A stretch of DNA of 64,000 bases from a virus (taxonomy: Duplodnaviria; Caudoviricetes): IMG/VR virus record IMGVR_UViG_3300020375_000001, positions 1-64,000 of that record; one strand, given 5' to 3'. Positions 17,728 to 27,937 of the stretch are shown here, one piece after another. The notes below the pieces were generated by a model, which was not told where the DNA came from, did not search any database, and saw nothing but the letters and a program-made list of their open reading frames with translations. Position 1 is the first letter of the stretch. The number at the start of each line of letters is the position of its first letter. The translations under genes and the position numbers were made by a program.

Positions 17728-19854
17728 TTAGCTAACTTTCTGAGAAAGAACTTTATCCAAGTTCTTAACAGTGATTTTAGCCATTACCGGAAGCAGGCCG
17801 ATGTGACGGTTACGAGTTTGTACAGTAGTAACCTTGGCAGTAGAACCACCGCGAGATACTTGTGCACTTGAAACCATTTCTGGAATCCAACCGTGCGCAC
17901 CGAAGCTCAACGGGTCAGCTTCGCCGTTAGTTCCTTCACGACCGAACGTCAGGTAGATAGTACCAGACATACGCTTGTCAGGAGAAGTAACAACTTTATG
18001 GTCCATGCCAATAGAAGCAGTACGCTCATCACCAGATACCAGGATGTGACGCTGAAGTACAGAGTCAGTTGCGATGATAAGACGAGGCTTAGTTTCGCGG
18101 CCGTTGGTGATTGTTTCCAGAGCAGTCTGGTAGTTACTGTCCTGAGCCATTGGGTAAGCAAGGCTGCGGATAGCGTTAACCAGAGTATCAGAAACGTCAG
18201 CTGCCTTCTCGTGAGACTTGGTAGAGTTGATGACTTGCGCCATATCAATCTCAAGCTCAGCGTAGTAAGGGTTAACCAAGTGACGACCAGCACCTTCGAT
18301 TTCAGGAAGAGGCATGTCACCTTGTACAGCTTCAGCGTAAGACTTCAGCATGTCAGCACGTGCAATCAGTTTGCTAACAGCTTCGTTCGCATTACGCGTA
18401 CGAGAGATAGCAGTGATTGTTTTCAGGTCAGACGCGTTGCGACGCTCAGAATCGTTGATTGGAGCCTTAGCAGTGATTGGCGCATTGAAGCCAATTGAGT
18501 AACGCTCAACTTTACCAGTGTGGCTACCCAGGATACCACGGTGACGCAGGTTAGCGTTTGAGTGATATGCTTCCAGAGTGTAACCAACCAGTTCAAACGA
18601 CAGGTTGTCAACAAGTGCTTTACCAGCACCGCTGTTTACAGCGATTTGAGTACCGTCAGCAGCGTACAGGCCAGATACAGATGGAGCTGGGTTGTAAAGC
18701 TTAAGCTCACCAGTTTCCAGGTCAAGTGTACCAGACATTTGCAGGCTTACGTTCAACTTCTGGTCGTTCAGAGAAGCAAGAGCTTCTGCAGCAGCACCAG
18801 CGATGTCTTGACGACCGCTAGTCATCACAACAGTGTCAGTTGAGAACTGGATGCTCATTTCACGCTCAGACTTACCTTCAGGCGACTTGAAGAAGCTTGA
18901 ACGAGGCAGGTTCTTAACGTTGATGGCAACGACAGATGTCTTAGTAGCAGCTGCGTCACTGATTTGAACGTAGATGGTATCCAGACCGGCATTGCTGTCG
19001 ATGCTGTCTTCATCAGTCAGTTCCTGACCGTTGTTCAGAGGAGAAGAAGAGCTAACCGCTAACAGGTCAACTGCAACACCTGGCTTCAGAGGAGCAGTAG
19101 TGATTTCCGCACCGTCAACAACGATAGTTTGCTTACCAACAACAGCGTCGTCAGCAAAGAATTTCGCATTTGAACCGTCGGCAAGAACGATTGGGTAAAT
19201 ACGAGTAGTGTCAGACTCAAGGATAGTGTGGTCAACCACAGCGTCCAGAACCTTCTTCTTGTTGAAGTCGCTAACGTCACCAGAAGTAGCACGGCGAACT
19301 TCGCGGTGAACAACTGTTTGTTCGATAGTTACATCCAGACCACCGGTTTCTGCAGTAAGAACGATAGTTGGGAAAAGAGTTTCGCCAAATTCGTCTTGTT
19401 GCGCTGATTCCAGGTTGAACGCCAGAGAGTAATGCTGGTAGTTACCGATTGCATTCTGGTCGAAAGCTTCCATTGCTGGAACGCCTTGTGCGTCAGGAAT
19501 AACAGTAACGTTGTCACCGGCAGTAACAGTAGCGCGAGTTGCCGCTGAATGGTAATCTTCAGGATTACCCAGACCCATCGCGATGATAGATGCTGCTTCA
19601 AGGCCAACGCCATCTTGGTCAACTTCAATGTTCGCCGCTTCCAAAGAAGCGATGATGCTGTTGCGTACATCGCCAAAGCTTGCTTCGTGGCGAGACAGGG
19701 CTTGTGGGTCCAAAGACTCAATAGACACTGTTACCGCTTCGGCATTACCAGGACGGATAAAGTCATCGCCTTGAGCGGTGATGTCAGATTTTAGTTGAGT
19801 AGCGATTTGTGCTACGCCAACCATATTGCTTTTCGAAGAATTAAAACGAGACAT
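17728..19854 (-). CDS. Major capsid protein (phiKZ gp120-like)
   Basis: 708 aa, strong codon bias, N-terminal propeptide with SxE sites (VSIE, ASLE), position near DnaB. Confidence 0.85.
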   Translation of the reverse strand: MSRFNSSKSNMVGVAQIATQLKSDITAQGDDFIRPGNAEAVTVSIESLDPQALSRHEASFGDVRNSIIASLEAANIEVDQDGVGLEAASIIAMGLGNPEDYHSAATRATVTAGDNVTVIPDAQGVPAMEAFDQNAIGNYQHYSLAFNLESAQQDEFGETLFPTIVLTAETGGLDVTIEQTVVHREVRRATSGDVSDFNKKKVLDAVVDHTILESDTTRIYPIVLADGSNAKFFADDAVVGKQTIVVDGAEITTAPLKPGVAVDLLAVSSSSPLNNGQELTDEDSIDSNAGLDTIYVQISDAAATKTSVVAINVKNLPRSSFFKSPEGKSEREMSIQFSTDTVVMTSGRQDIAGAAAEALASLNDQKLNVSLQMSGTLDLETGELKLYNPAPSVSGLYAADGTQIAVNSGAGKALVDNLSFELVGYTLEAYHSNANLRHRGILGSHTGKVERYSIGFNAPITAKAPINDSERRNASDLKTITAISRTRNANEAVSKLIARADMLKSYAEAVQGDMPLPEIEGAGRHLVNPYYAELEIDMAQVINSTKSHEKAADVSDTLVNAIRSLAYPMAQDSNYQTALETITNGRETKPRLIIATDSVLQRHILVSGDERTASIGMDHKVVTSPDKRMSGTIYLTFGREGTNGEADPLSFGAHGWIPEMVSSAQVSRGGSTAKVTTVQTRNRHIGLLPVMAKITVKNLDKVLSQKVS

Positions 19855-19913
19855 TCTCTTCTCTTCCTTATAAATACGTATTTTTAAAGAAACTCCCTAA
19901 GGAGTGACAACCA

Positions 19914-19925
19914 CACATACTATAG
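19914..19925 (-). promoter_or_regulatory. Late promoter (TATG) of MCP
   Basis: TTTTAACTATAGTATG upstream of MCP; phiKZ late consensus is TATG at the start site. Confidence 0.5.
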
Positions 19926-19937
19926 TTAAAAGTTCTA

Positions 19938-20471
19938 CTAAACTTTTTCTACAAAACGTTTGAATGAATTTAACTTAGCGACCTGTTCGTATCCCATTTG
20001 TCCCTGTAGGACTTCCAGGAAAGATTTTAGCGACGCGGTAGTATAACCGGCCGACACACACGGTTTAACTATTACTGCAGCCACGTCTGGTTGAAGCATA
20101 GTCGTTTCATAGTTATGTAAATTAAAGGCACGAGTTTCTACATCACCCATGTTTAATACATCCCCATATATAAGAAGGTCGTTTGGTTTGTCACCTTCAG
20201 GGAAACACTGTGCTTGCAGCAACTCTAGTTCACCTGCCGCAAACAAGCTATATAACTTGTCGCAGAAGAGATACTCTTCAAAGTCGCTTTTGATAGCCGC
20301 GTAATCCGATACCAAATGATTTTCTTCTGGACTGTTTGCCTTTAGAAGAAAAAATAAATCTTCCTTAGTTAATATAGAAGACAACCGTTCAGTATCTAAT
20401 AACACGGTTAAGGGTAAGTTGTTAGCCTCGAGTTTACGTCTCAGCCAAGCAGGTACAATCAATACTTGCAT
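19938..20471 (-). CDS. Hypothetical protein (gp119-like position)
   Basis: 177 aa between MCP and helicase. Confidence 0.7.
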   Translation of the reverse strand: MQVLIVPAWLRRKLEANNLPLTVLLDTERLSSILTKEDLFFLLKANSPEENHLVSDYAAIKSDFEEYLFCDKLYSLFAAGELELLQAQCFPEGDKPNDLLIYGDVLNMGDVETRAFNLHNYETTMLQPDVAAVIVKPCVSAGYTTASLKSFLEVLQGQMGYEQVAKLNSFKRFVEKV

Positions 20472-20524
20472 GTCAGTATCCTTAATCGTCTGTTAATGAA
20501 TAGAATTTTTTAAGAGAATAGCCA

Positions 20525-22057
20525 ATGGACCACAAACTAGTTCTAGTCGACTCGATTACTCTTTTATACCGCGAAGCTGAGTATGAAGGTGCAGGAGTCG
20601 ACAACACCTCTCTAGTACGCTCAGTAGCGGATAAGATTAAGGTGTCGGAATCGGTGTCCGAAGTTGCTAGCGGACGAGATTCAATTGTAGCTTTAAAAGC
20701 TACAGTGTTCTGGATGTTAGAACAGGGCACAGCTGCAGCATTCAATCGCGATGACTTGCTTCAAAGAATTAGAGTAAATGTAGCGGATGAAACCTATCTG
20801 GTTGACGCACTAGAAGCAAGTTTAGCCCCACTTAAAAGTCAAGATGAAGTCATCGATGCCATTCAGCGGGCAGAAACCAAATTACGCGTTGAGCTAAATA
20901 AAGAACAGGTAAAAGAAATCATTAAGCAGGCGTACATGGATACGCACTTTAATGACGGGTCAATTAACTGGCCAAGTCTACCTGAAAACATATCCGCTAA
21001 ACTGGAACCTTTTGCCGAATCAATGTCAGGTAAGAAAATCCATGATGAGATGGTATCTGAAATTGACTTGGGTAATCTTACCTCAGTAGCTGATGCATTA
21101 ATGAAAGCGCGTACTACCAACTCTTCCGAAGGAGTTATGCGTTTAGGTTGGCAGGGCTTTAACCAAATGCTAGGTCAGGTAGGCGGTCTTCGTCGTGGTG
21201 ACGAAGTCTGTATCGGTGCACTGCAACACAATTTTAAATCTGGTATGTTACTACACCTACCCCGTCAGGTAGCAATGTACAACATCCCTTACATGCTGGA
21301 CAAAACAAAGAAACCATTAATTCTTCACATCTCTCTTGAGAACGCTGCTGAAGATAACATGATGATTCTTTACAAGTGGCTTAAAGAAAACGAGACCCTT
21401 GAAGATTTCGATACTCGTGACCCCAACATTGATTTGGATGAGGCGGCCAGATACGTTCACGAGAAATTGACGGTAAACGGTTATCACTTTAAGTTCCTTC
21501 GTTTTGACCCTTCAAACTTTACGTATTCTAAGTTTGTATCGCTACTGCGTGATTACGAACGTGAATATGAAATTCACCTGTGTTCTTTGGACTATCTTAA
21601 CATGATGTCTAAAGATGGCTGCGTAGGCGGTACGGACTCTGCGTTAATCCGTGACCTGTTCCGTCGTATGCGAAACTATACTAACCCTCGCGGCATTACG
21701 TTATTGACTGCACATCAGTTATCATCGGATGCTAAACAGTTATTGAGAAATGGCTGTGAGAACTTTGTTAAGGAAGTAGCTAACAAAGGTTATTGGGCAG
21801 ACTCCAAACAGATTGACCAAGAACTTGACTTAGAAATTATCATTAACTTAGAACGTCCAGGGGATGGTTCAACATTCTTAACTGCACACCGTGGTAAGCA
21901 CCGTATGCCGTTCATTACCCCAGAGAAAGATTTATACACCGTGTATAAGTTTGCTGAAGTTGGGGCAATACCGGACGACGTACTGGGCGAAAGCGCTGCG
22001 CTTAAGAAAGTTGGAATGGGACCAATCGGTTCTGACGATGATGCATTCTGGGAGTAG
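20525..22057 (+). CDS. dnaB: DnaB-like replicative helicase (phiKZ gp118-like)
   Basis: LRRGD..GALQHNFKS variant Walker A, ISLEN, SLDYLNMM, LLTAHQLS, DQELDLEI. Confidence 0.9.
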   Translation: MDHKLVLVDSITLLYREAEYEGAGVDNTSLVRSVADKIKVSESVSEVASGRDSIVALKATVFWMLEQGTAAAFNRDDLLQRIRVNVADETYLVDALEASLAPLKSQDEVIDAIQRAETKLRVELNKEQVKEIIKQAYMDTHFNDGSINWPSLPENISAKLEPFAESMSGKKIHDEMVSEIDLGNLTSVADALMKARTTNSSEGVMRLGWQGFNQMLGQVGGLRRGDEVCIGALQHNFKSGMLLHLPRQVAMYNIPYMLDKTKKPLILHISLENAAEDNMMILYKWLKENETLEDFDTRDPNIDLDEAARYVHEKLTVNGYHFKFLRFDPSNFTYSKFVSLLRDYEREYEIHLCSLDYLNMMSKDGCVGGTDSALIRDLFRRMRNYTNPRGITLLTAHQLSSDAKQLLRNGCENFVKEVANKGYWADSKQIDQELDLEIIINLERPGDGSTFLTAHRGKHRMPFITPEKDLYTVYKFAEVGAIPDDVLGESAALKKVGMGPIGSDDDAFWE

Positions 22058-22128
22058 GGTTAACACCCCTACTCTAGTTTGTCTATGTTATGACTAAATT
22101 TGTTTTTGTCTGTGGTAACTAGGAGTAA

Positions 22129-22665
22129 ATGATGACTGCTGCTGTAGAAAAGAAGACTTGCATTCAGTGTAAGAAAACCAAAAGCGAAAAGCAATTCCGT
22201 GTTAAATCGGGAGAGCGTCGCGATGTTTGTAAGAACTGCGAACGTAAAAACGTAATCGAAGTTCAAACCCGTAAACTGCGTAAAGAGTATGGTACTGCCG
22301 TTGCCCACATTGAAGGTGACCTGAAACACTGCCGTGCTTGTGACGTTGTGCACCCAATCGATGATTTCCGTAAGAACAACACTGCCGATGGGCGTTACAG
22401 TAAATGTGGTGCTTGTGATGTAGCTGGTAAGCCTTTGATGACCAACGCTGAGTTGGCTGAACATCGTAAGGCCACTGTAGATATCCATGCTGAGGATATT
22501 ACTAAAAGTGATACCGTTGTTACTGAAGTGCTTAACACTGTGGAAGATGCAGCGGAAGACGTGGTAGAAGCTATTGGCGAAGCCAAGCAATCTTCTGAAG
22601 AAATTGCAGAAGAAGTAAAAAGTTTCTGGACGCGCCTTAAAGCGATGTTCAAACGTTTATTTTAA
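22129..22665 (+). CDS. Protein with two CxxC...CxxC zinc-ribbon repeats
   Basis: CIQC..CKNC and CRAC..CGAC; AGGAG SD. Confidence 0.75.
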   Translation: MMTAAVEKKTCIQCKKTKSEKQFRVKSGERRDVCKNCERKNVIEVQTRKLRKEYGTAVAHIEGDLKHCRACDVVHPIDDFRKNNTADGRYSKCGACDVAGKPLMTNAELAEHRKATVDIHAEDITKSDTVVTEVLNTVEDAAEDVVEAIGEAKQSSEEIAEEVKSFWTRLKAMFKRLF

Positions 22666-22674
22666 GGACAGGTT

Positions 22675-22878
22675 GTGAACTTTAAGCAGAGAGCCCTATT
22701 ATTCACCTTGGGATTATTTCTGCTGTTTACTGTCGCTACTAGTTACACAGACCTGCCTCGGTCAGCGATGATTGGGGCAGCTGCCTATTATGGGCTGTTA
22801 ACTGTAGGTCTTGCACTTTTCTGGAATAAGATTTTTGGTAAAGAAAAAAATAAACAGCATAAAGCAGAGGAGGCCTAG
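22675..22878 (+). CDS. Small 2-TM membrane protein
   Basis: Two hydrophobic helices, basic tail, AAGGA SD. Confidence 0.65.
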   Translation: MNFKQRALLFTLGLFLLFTVATSYTDLPRSAMIGAAAYYGLLTVGLALFWNKIFGKEKNKQHKAEEA

Positions 22879-22895
22879 GCCTCCTCATTATGCCG
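22867..22895 (+). terminator. Hairpin + TTATGCCG element between convergent genes
   Basis: GAGGAGGCC-ta-GGCCTCCTC, A, TTATGCCG. Confidence 0.65.
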
Positions 22896-24276
22896 GGTTG
22901 GTGATATCGCGATTAACCCAGAAGACTAACTGGCTATTACATCTAACTCGTTGGTCAGTGTAACGCTGTGACTCTTTTGCATACGCATGAACACAACCAA
23001 TTAATATTCCCTCAACGCTCTTCACCTCATCCTTCGCCGAGTACAGTAGTTTACTAGGTGTACCGGGTCGTAGAACGTCCGGTGCGGAGTTTTCCCACTT
23101 AACTGCTACAATGGTTCCCCTGCGCTCATTAAGCTCTGACAGCTCTTTGTAGTGGTTCGAGGTCATACGCTGTTTTGCGTACGGAATCACATTCAGGTTA
23201 TCTTCCCGTGGCTCTACCAAATACTCCCTTAGGTTTTTACCCCGGCTGATGTGGGTTACACCATCAATGGTCTCAGCATACCCATCCATCAGTTTGTTTG
23301 CATCCTGATACCTTACTCCATTACCTAGGTTCTGAAGTGTGGATTCAGTGTTGTCCAAATGTTGGATGTTTCCGGTGGCAACTATCTTAACGTGTTTTTC
23401 TTCCACGATGTAAGAGTTGTCGGTGGCAGGGAGTACCCCGCTGTCCATCATAGCGACCGTAATGGTTCTCTCTGAGTTTTCATACCGCTTGGTATTATGG
23501 AGTCCCCAGATATACCACTCACCTCGTTCAATGTAACTACCAAGTGACGTGGTGTACAAACCATACTTACGTTGGATGTAGTCGGGTAGGTCAACAATGC
23601 GTGTCCCAACAGGAATGAGTAGTTGTTTCGGGTCATTGGTATTATCCGTTTCAACTACGTCTACCCCTGCTAGTTCATACTGCTGTCGCTGATGTACTCG
23701 TTCAAGGTTAACGTCCTTCTCCCACGGTTCCTTACGAAGCTTAGCCCGACACAGTGCCTTAAGGATGTTTTCCCACGTACCCTCAAAGATACCAGAGATA
23801 AACTTAGTACGCATTGCGTCCAGTAGCGGGTCAATTAACTGAAGCTGTACCTGGATGCGTTGTGAGCGGTCACCCTTAGCCTCATCGCTTGTCATCTCAC
23901 TACCTGCCCTGAGCCCCAAACTAGACTGGTCAACTAACACAGCACGATAAACTTCCTTCGTGGCGTATTGGTTAGGGTCTAGCGTATCATTAGAACCTAC
24001 AACAATCGGACGCTTAACAATCTCGACAGTTAACTTGCTTTTATAGGGATACACCTTGTTAGTGTACGTCCCTATCCCCATCATGAAGTTGAGCATGGTT
24101 TTATCTGAGAAGTCCTGTGCGTAGTCACGTTCGACTGACATTGACTTAACATCATCTAAAACCAATTCGCCCTCAGGAGTAAACAAAGTAACCGACCACA
24201 TAAACTCTGGGTGTGTAGCCGGTACGTTGATTATCTTCAACATCTCCTCGTATAGAGTCGTGTTTCTTACTTCCAT
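22888..24276 (-). CDS. Virion structural protein, putative baseplate hub (gp101-like position)
   Basis: 462 aa, last gene of a four-gene structural operon. Confidence 0.55.
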   Translation of the reverse strand: MEVRNTTLYEEMLKIINVPATHPEFMWSVTLFTPEGELVLDDVKSMSVERDYAQDFSDKTMLNFMMGIGTYTNKVYPYKSKLTVEIVKRPIVVGSNDTLDPNQYATKEVYRAVLVDQSSLGLRAGSEMTSDEAKGDRSQRIQVQLQLIDPLLDAMRTKFISGIFEGTWENILKALCRAKLRKEPWEKDVNLERVHQRQQYELAGVDVVETDNTNDPKQLLIPVGTRIVDLPDYIQRKYGLYTTSLGSYIERGEWYIWGLHNTKRYENSERTITVAMMDSGVLPATDNSYIVEEKHVKIVATGNIQHLDNTESTLQNLGNGVRYQDANKLMDGYAETIDGVTHISRGKNLREYLVEPREDNLNVIPYAKQRMTSNHYKELSELNERRGTIVAVKWENSAPDVLRPGTPSKLLYSAKDEVKSVEGILIGCVHAYAKESQRYTDQRVRCNSQLVFWVNRDITNPA

Positions 24277-24824
24277 TGCCTTGTCCCTGTTAACATACCG
24301 GTGTCAAGTTTAGTAGTAATAGGTACGTGTGCATCTGGTGCAGTCTTAACCTGCTCCTCTGTCTTACGACCAGTACGACTACGCGATAGGAAGGACATGA
24401 GTTTACTGGTGGTCTCAGTTTCACCAACAAAGTGCCAGCGCGCTTGTGGGTAGATATACGCCGCAAACTTGTCAAGCTTTTTCAAATCATCCATGGGGGG
24501 CATTCGACCGAACAAACCATTTTTCTGGTATTCGATGCAGTCTTTTAAATGCTCACACACCAAGCTGTACATTTCAAAAGCTTTTCTGTTGTCCTCGATT
24601 TCAATCTTAAATCCCTTAGCGCTTATCTCACACAGCTCAGCGATTGTACGGATTGCACCGACCAACATGGTTGCGTTACTAACGTCACGCGCTTCGTCTC
24701 CAGAGACGAATGTACCGAACTCTTCAAGTACAGCATCGGAATAAACTACCATCTCTGGTATTTTACATTGATACTTCCAATGGAAGATTTTGTAGACTGC
24801 GGTTTGGGTTGCGTCACGTTGCAT
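24267..24824 (-). CDS. Conserved hypothetical protein (gp100-like position)
   Basis: 185 aa, synteny. Confidence 0.65.
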   Translation of the reverse strand: MQRDATQTAVYKIFHWKYQCKIPEMVVYSDAVLEEFGTFVSGDEARDVSNATMLVGAIRTIAELCEISAKGFKIEIEDNRKAFEMYSLVCEHLKDCIEYQKNGLFGRMPPMDDLKKLDKFAAYIYPQARWHFVGETETTSKLMSFLSRSRTGRKTEEQVKTAPDAHVPITTKLDTGMLTGTRQWK

Positions 24825-24829
24825 AGCGT

Positions 24830-26077
24830 TTATCTCTCTAGTGATAACAGAAGCGTCAGGATAATGGGTATCTGATAAAACTGGCTCAGGGTATCCCAGG
24901 TAGGCGCTTCTTTTGCTAACCGAATAATTTCTGTGGTATCTAATGATTTGTTTTCAAACCACATACTTAGGTAGCGTTCAAGTTTAGACATACCGTCCGG
25001 CTGTTTATTGTAATACCAACTAGATAAGACATAATGCTTTTCTAGGTCAGTCGGGTGATAGTCCGCGTCAACTGGTACAGGTGGGACAGGCTCAGCAGGT
25101 AGCTTGCCAACCATCGGTACACGTACAAGTTCCATCGTAGTCCAAGCAATCCCACCCATAGTGGGTAATTGACTTAGCGTACTAGGATACACTTCTTCCA
25201 TCCACTCAATGAGGTCTGGGAACCATGTGTTACCCTCAACCATTGTAGTCCAGATAGTTGGCTCATCTAGACTTTCAATTCCGTTACAGTTTAAACTGGT
25301 AGGAATCTTTACCCATGGAACGTCTAGCTTCTTCATGAAGTCTACAAGGAAGGGGTCGTAGATACGGTCATCGTTTTCATTGCGAAATACAATGGTGTTA
25401 AATTCATCACACCAAAAACGTCGCGTGTATGAGCCTGTGAGACGTTCTATTAGCTCGGCTACACTTTGTCGCTCTACCAACTCCGACGCCGTCTCAAAGG
25501 CGTTAGCGCCTTTCCTGAGGCCTTCTTTATTAAAGAAGACACTCTCAACAACTTTACCAATCAAATCCGTCATTCGTTCGGCAGTAGTGTAGTTAACTAA
25601 CTTGTAGTTAATCTCAAAACCGGCTTCACGATAGATGGTTAGTCTACGGGTTGATGTAACAGTAAAGATAGCCGAACGCCCATCTCCTACATCCGCTATG
25701 AACATATCCCCAGTGTTGGCAATGATACTTGGATATAGGTTACTGGTACCCACTACTTCAAAGACCTTGGTTTCAGGGTCTTGGTCTTGAGACAGTGACG
25801 ACTGTACCTTTAGCTCAAAGTTTTTAATTTCTTTGTACTGCTGGTACACGCCATTCTGGTCAACCTGCTGGGTAACCCCAACTTGGTCTTTTCCCAATAT
25901 CTGACTATAGTAGTTAACTGTCCAACTAGACCCACTTACGTAGGTCAGTAAGGAACTGTGGTCAACCTCTTTGGTATCAACCACATTATCCTGGTAGTTC
26001 TTTGGAGTCTCCCTTGGACGTAGGGGTTGCTCCTGTGCAATCGGTTCGACCGCTTCTTCTTCAGTAACAAGTGGCAT
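24830..26077 (-). CDS. Virion structural protein, putative neck/connector (gp99-like position)
   Basis: 415 aa, synteny. Confidence 0.55.
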   Translation of the reverse strand: MPLVTEEEAVEPIAQEQPLRPRETPKNYQDNVVDTKEVDHSSLLTYVSGSSWTVNYYSQILGKDQVGVTQQVDQNGVYQQYKEIKNFELKVQSSLSQDQDPETKVFEVVGTSNLYPSIIANTGDMFIADVGDGRSAIFTVTSTRRLTIYREAGFEINYKLVNYTTAERMTDLIGKVVESVFFNKEGLRKGANAFETASELVERQSVAELIERLTGSYTRRFWCDEFNTIVFRNENDDRIYDPFLVDFMKKLDVPWVKIPTSLNCNGIESLDEPTIWTTMVEGNTWFPDLIEWMEEVYPSTLSQLPTMGGIAWTTMELVRVPMVGKLPAEPVPPVPVDADYHPTDLEKHYVLSSWYYNKQPDGMSKLERYLSMWFENKSLDTTEIIRLAKEAPTWDTLSQFYQIPIILTLLLSLER

Positions 26078-27603
26078 TAGTCTCTCCCAAGATTCTGAGC
26101 AGTAACAGTAAACTGACCTACTGTTAAGGTGTTATTTTCATAACGGTTAGTGTAGCGTTTATACGATTCTTTTAACTCAGTCTTAATTTTGTTCCAACGC
26201 GGCAGGCTAATGGAGCCATCGTCTAGAACATGGACCTTGCTAATATCATACGTTGAATCTACAACACGAATAACCTGCTTAGTGACTTCCCCATCAGCAA
26301 TTAAACCATCAACCCCATTGTCACTTAACATTGATAAGTCGGTCATACAACCAATCCACAGGTGATACTGATGGCGAGGGTTTAAATCGAATGTAGACCA
26401 CACATTAAAGTTTTCGTCTACTACTAATGCATCTTCACGTAAAGGCAATCCATCCTTGTACAGCACCACCTGAAAAGGATGGGCGTAGCTGGTGGTCAGC
26501 AAGGTATGATGCTTAACCATGTACTCGCGCAGTATGGGGTCAATCTGAAGATTTGGTATGTTATCCAAGTTCATCAGTTCCCTCGGGTCATTACCCACCA
26601 TCAACATACAACGTAGTAAGGTTGAGTAATGGCGGCGCACTCGTTGCGGTAACCATTCATCCCAGTTAGGCACACTAATCCCACCAATAGATTGTCCAGG
26701 TACAATAGGGCCACCTTGTAAACGCATGAAACGGCTTTTGGTGTAATCAGCATGGTTGGGGTCGACTAACATGTTATAGTTCTCACCCATCAATCGTAAC
26801 TTTTTAGGCACTAACTGATTATGTACCATTAAAGGATAAGACATTACAAACGCCGCAGGCTTTTGATATTCAAAGGTATAGCTAAACGATGCCGAAAACT
26901 GTTGGGTATTCTGCACTAGCTCCGGCGGCTTCTCAAAACTGAACCATCCGTTAAAACCTGTCTGCTTTTCCTTTACGGCGAACTGACTCTTGGTTCCAGC
27001 CTGGTTAGTGATAACCGTTACTAGGTGAGAGAAGTTATTTTTCAAATACTGACTAAACGTTTCCCCATAACCCGCATTGTTTTCACGTAGAGTGTACAGT
27101 TCAGCCAATACCGACATTAACACCTCTGGAATAGCAAAGTGATATTCCGCAGTGTGTTTTTGCCCTTGTCTTCCGTTACCAACACGGCGACGAATGCCGT
27201 TAACCCAGTTACTCCCAGCCGACTCAGATTTAAAATACATTTCAATGGTCAGGGTAATGCGGGTTTGGTAGTAGATAGGTCTAATACTGATGCCCAATAC
27301 GGGGTCAATGAAAGCAGGGTTGGTATTACTGTCAGGGATTTTACTCTCCAACATATCGTCATCCATGTACTCTTCTTCCATACTTACCTGAATGCGAGAT
27401 TTATCCTGCGCAAAAGTGGCCTCGTCCTGTGCTTCTTTTAAGCCACTGTTTAAACTACGGGCCTGACCATCTCCTTTATTAAGGTAAACTGAAGCATCTA
27501 AACTCAATCCAGTTCTTTGAAGTAGGTTTCTAGCAACCGCGTAGATTACCGGACGAGTGACAGCTTCTATAGTCTCGGTAACTTCATGTGAAATTATCGG
27601 CAT
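26077..27603 (-). CDS. Virion structural protein (gp98-like position)
   Basis: 508 aa; TATG and GGAG SD upstream. Confidence 0.55.
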   Translation of the reverse strand: MPIISHEVTETIEAVTRPVIYAVARNLLQRTGLSLDASVYLNKGDGQARSLNSGLKEAQDEATFAQDKSRIQVSMEEEYMDDDMLESKIPDSNTNPAFIDPVLGISIRPIYYQTRITLTIEMYFKSESAGSNWVNGIRRRVGNGRQGQKHTAEYHFAIPEVLMSVLAELYTLRENNAGYGETFSQYLKNNFSHLVTVITNQAGTKSQFAVKEKQTGFNGWFSFEKPPELVQNTQQFSASFSYTFEYQKPAAFVMSYPLMVHNQLVPKKLRLMGENYNMLVDPNHADYTKSRFMRLQGGPIVPGQSIGGISVPNWDEWLPQRVRRHYSTLLRCMLMVGNDPRELMNLDNIPNLQIDPILREYMVKHHTLLTTSYAHPFQVVLYKDGLPLREDALVVDENFNVWSTFDLNPRHQYHLWIGCMTDLSMLSDNGVDGLIADGEVTKQVIRVVDSTYDISKVHVLDDGSISLPRWNKIKTELKESYKRYTNRYENNTLTVGQFTVTAQNLGRD

Positions 27604-27648
27604 AGCTAGTTACTCCAAAATAGGTGATTTACATAAAATTACGAAAAC

Positions 27649-27675
27649 AAAAAAATAAAGGGAGCCGAAGCTCCC
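27649..27675 (-). terminator. Poly-U intrinsic terminator, identical to 63965-63991
   Basis: GGGAGC-ttcg-GCTCCC then TTTATTTTTTT. Confidence 0.8.
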
Positions 27676-27701
27676 GATATTTTAACCAACCAAATGGTTG
27701 A

Positions 27702-27878
27702 TTAGCCGTTGCAACGACGGGCCAAGCACATTGCACGACATTCACGGTACTGGCGCATCAGGTCAGCACGGTTAGGGTCGGTCACTGGCAAGGCCATCGC
27801 ATCAGTACGTAACTTAAGTGCCTTAACACGCATTTGACCGTGGGTCATTTCAGCCATTGGCATTTCCATGTTTTCCAT
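27702..27878 (-). CDS. 58-aa protein below the track cut-off
   Basis: GGAG SD 7 nt before ATG; MENMEMPMAEMTHGQMRVKALKLRTDAMALPVTDPNRADLMRQYRECRAMCLARRCNG; followed by a terminator. Confidence 0.7.
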   Translation of the reverse strand: MENMEMPMAEMTHGQMRVKALKLRTDAMALPVTDPNRADLMRQYRECRAMCLARRCNG

Positions 27879-27937
27879 GGTTAATCTCCAGATAAAGATA
27901 ACAGTTAATTAACTAGAGGATACTATCCCCCATATAA

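Noticed and set aside
17893-19794. Several antisense and alternate-frame ORFs within the MCP gene
   Set aside because: Codon-bias shadows of a highly expressed gene
22069-22590. 173-aa minus ORF antisense to the zinc-ribbon gene
   Set aside because: The plus ORF has the SD and the motifs; this one has neither
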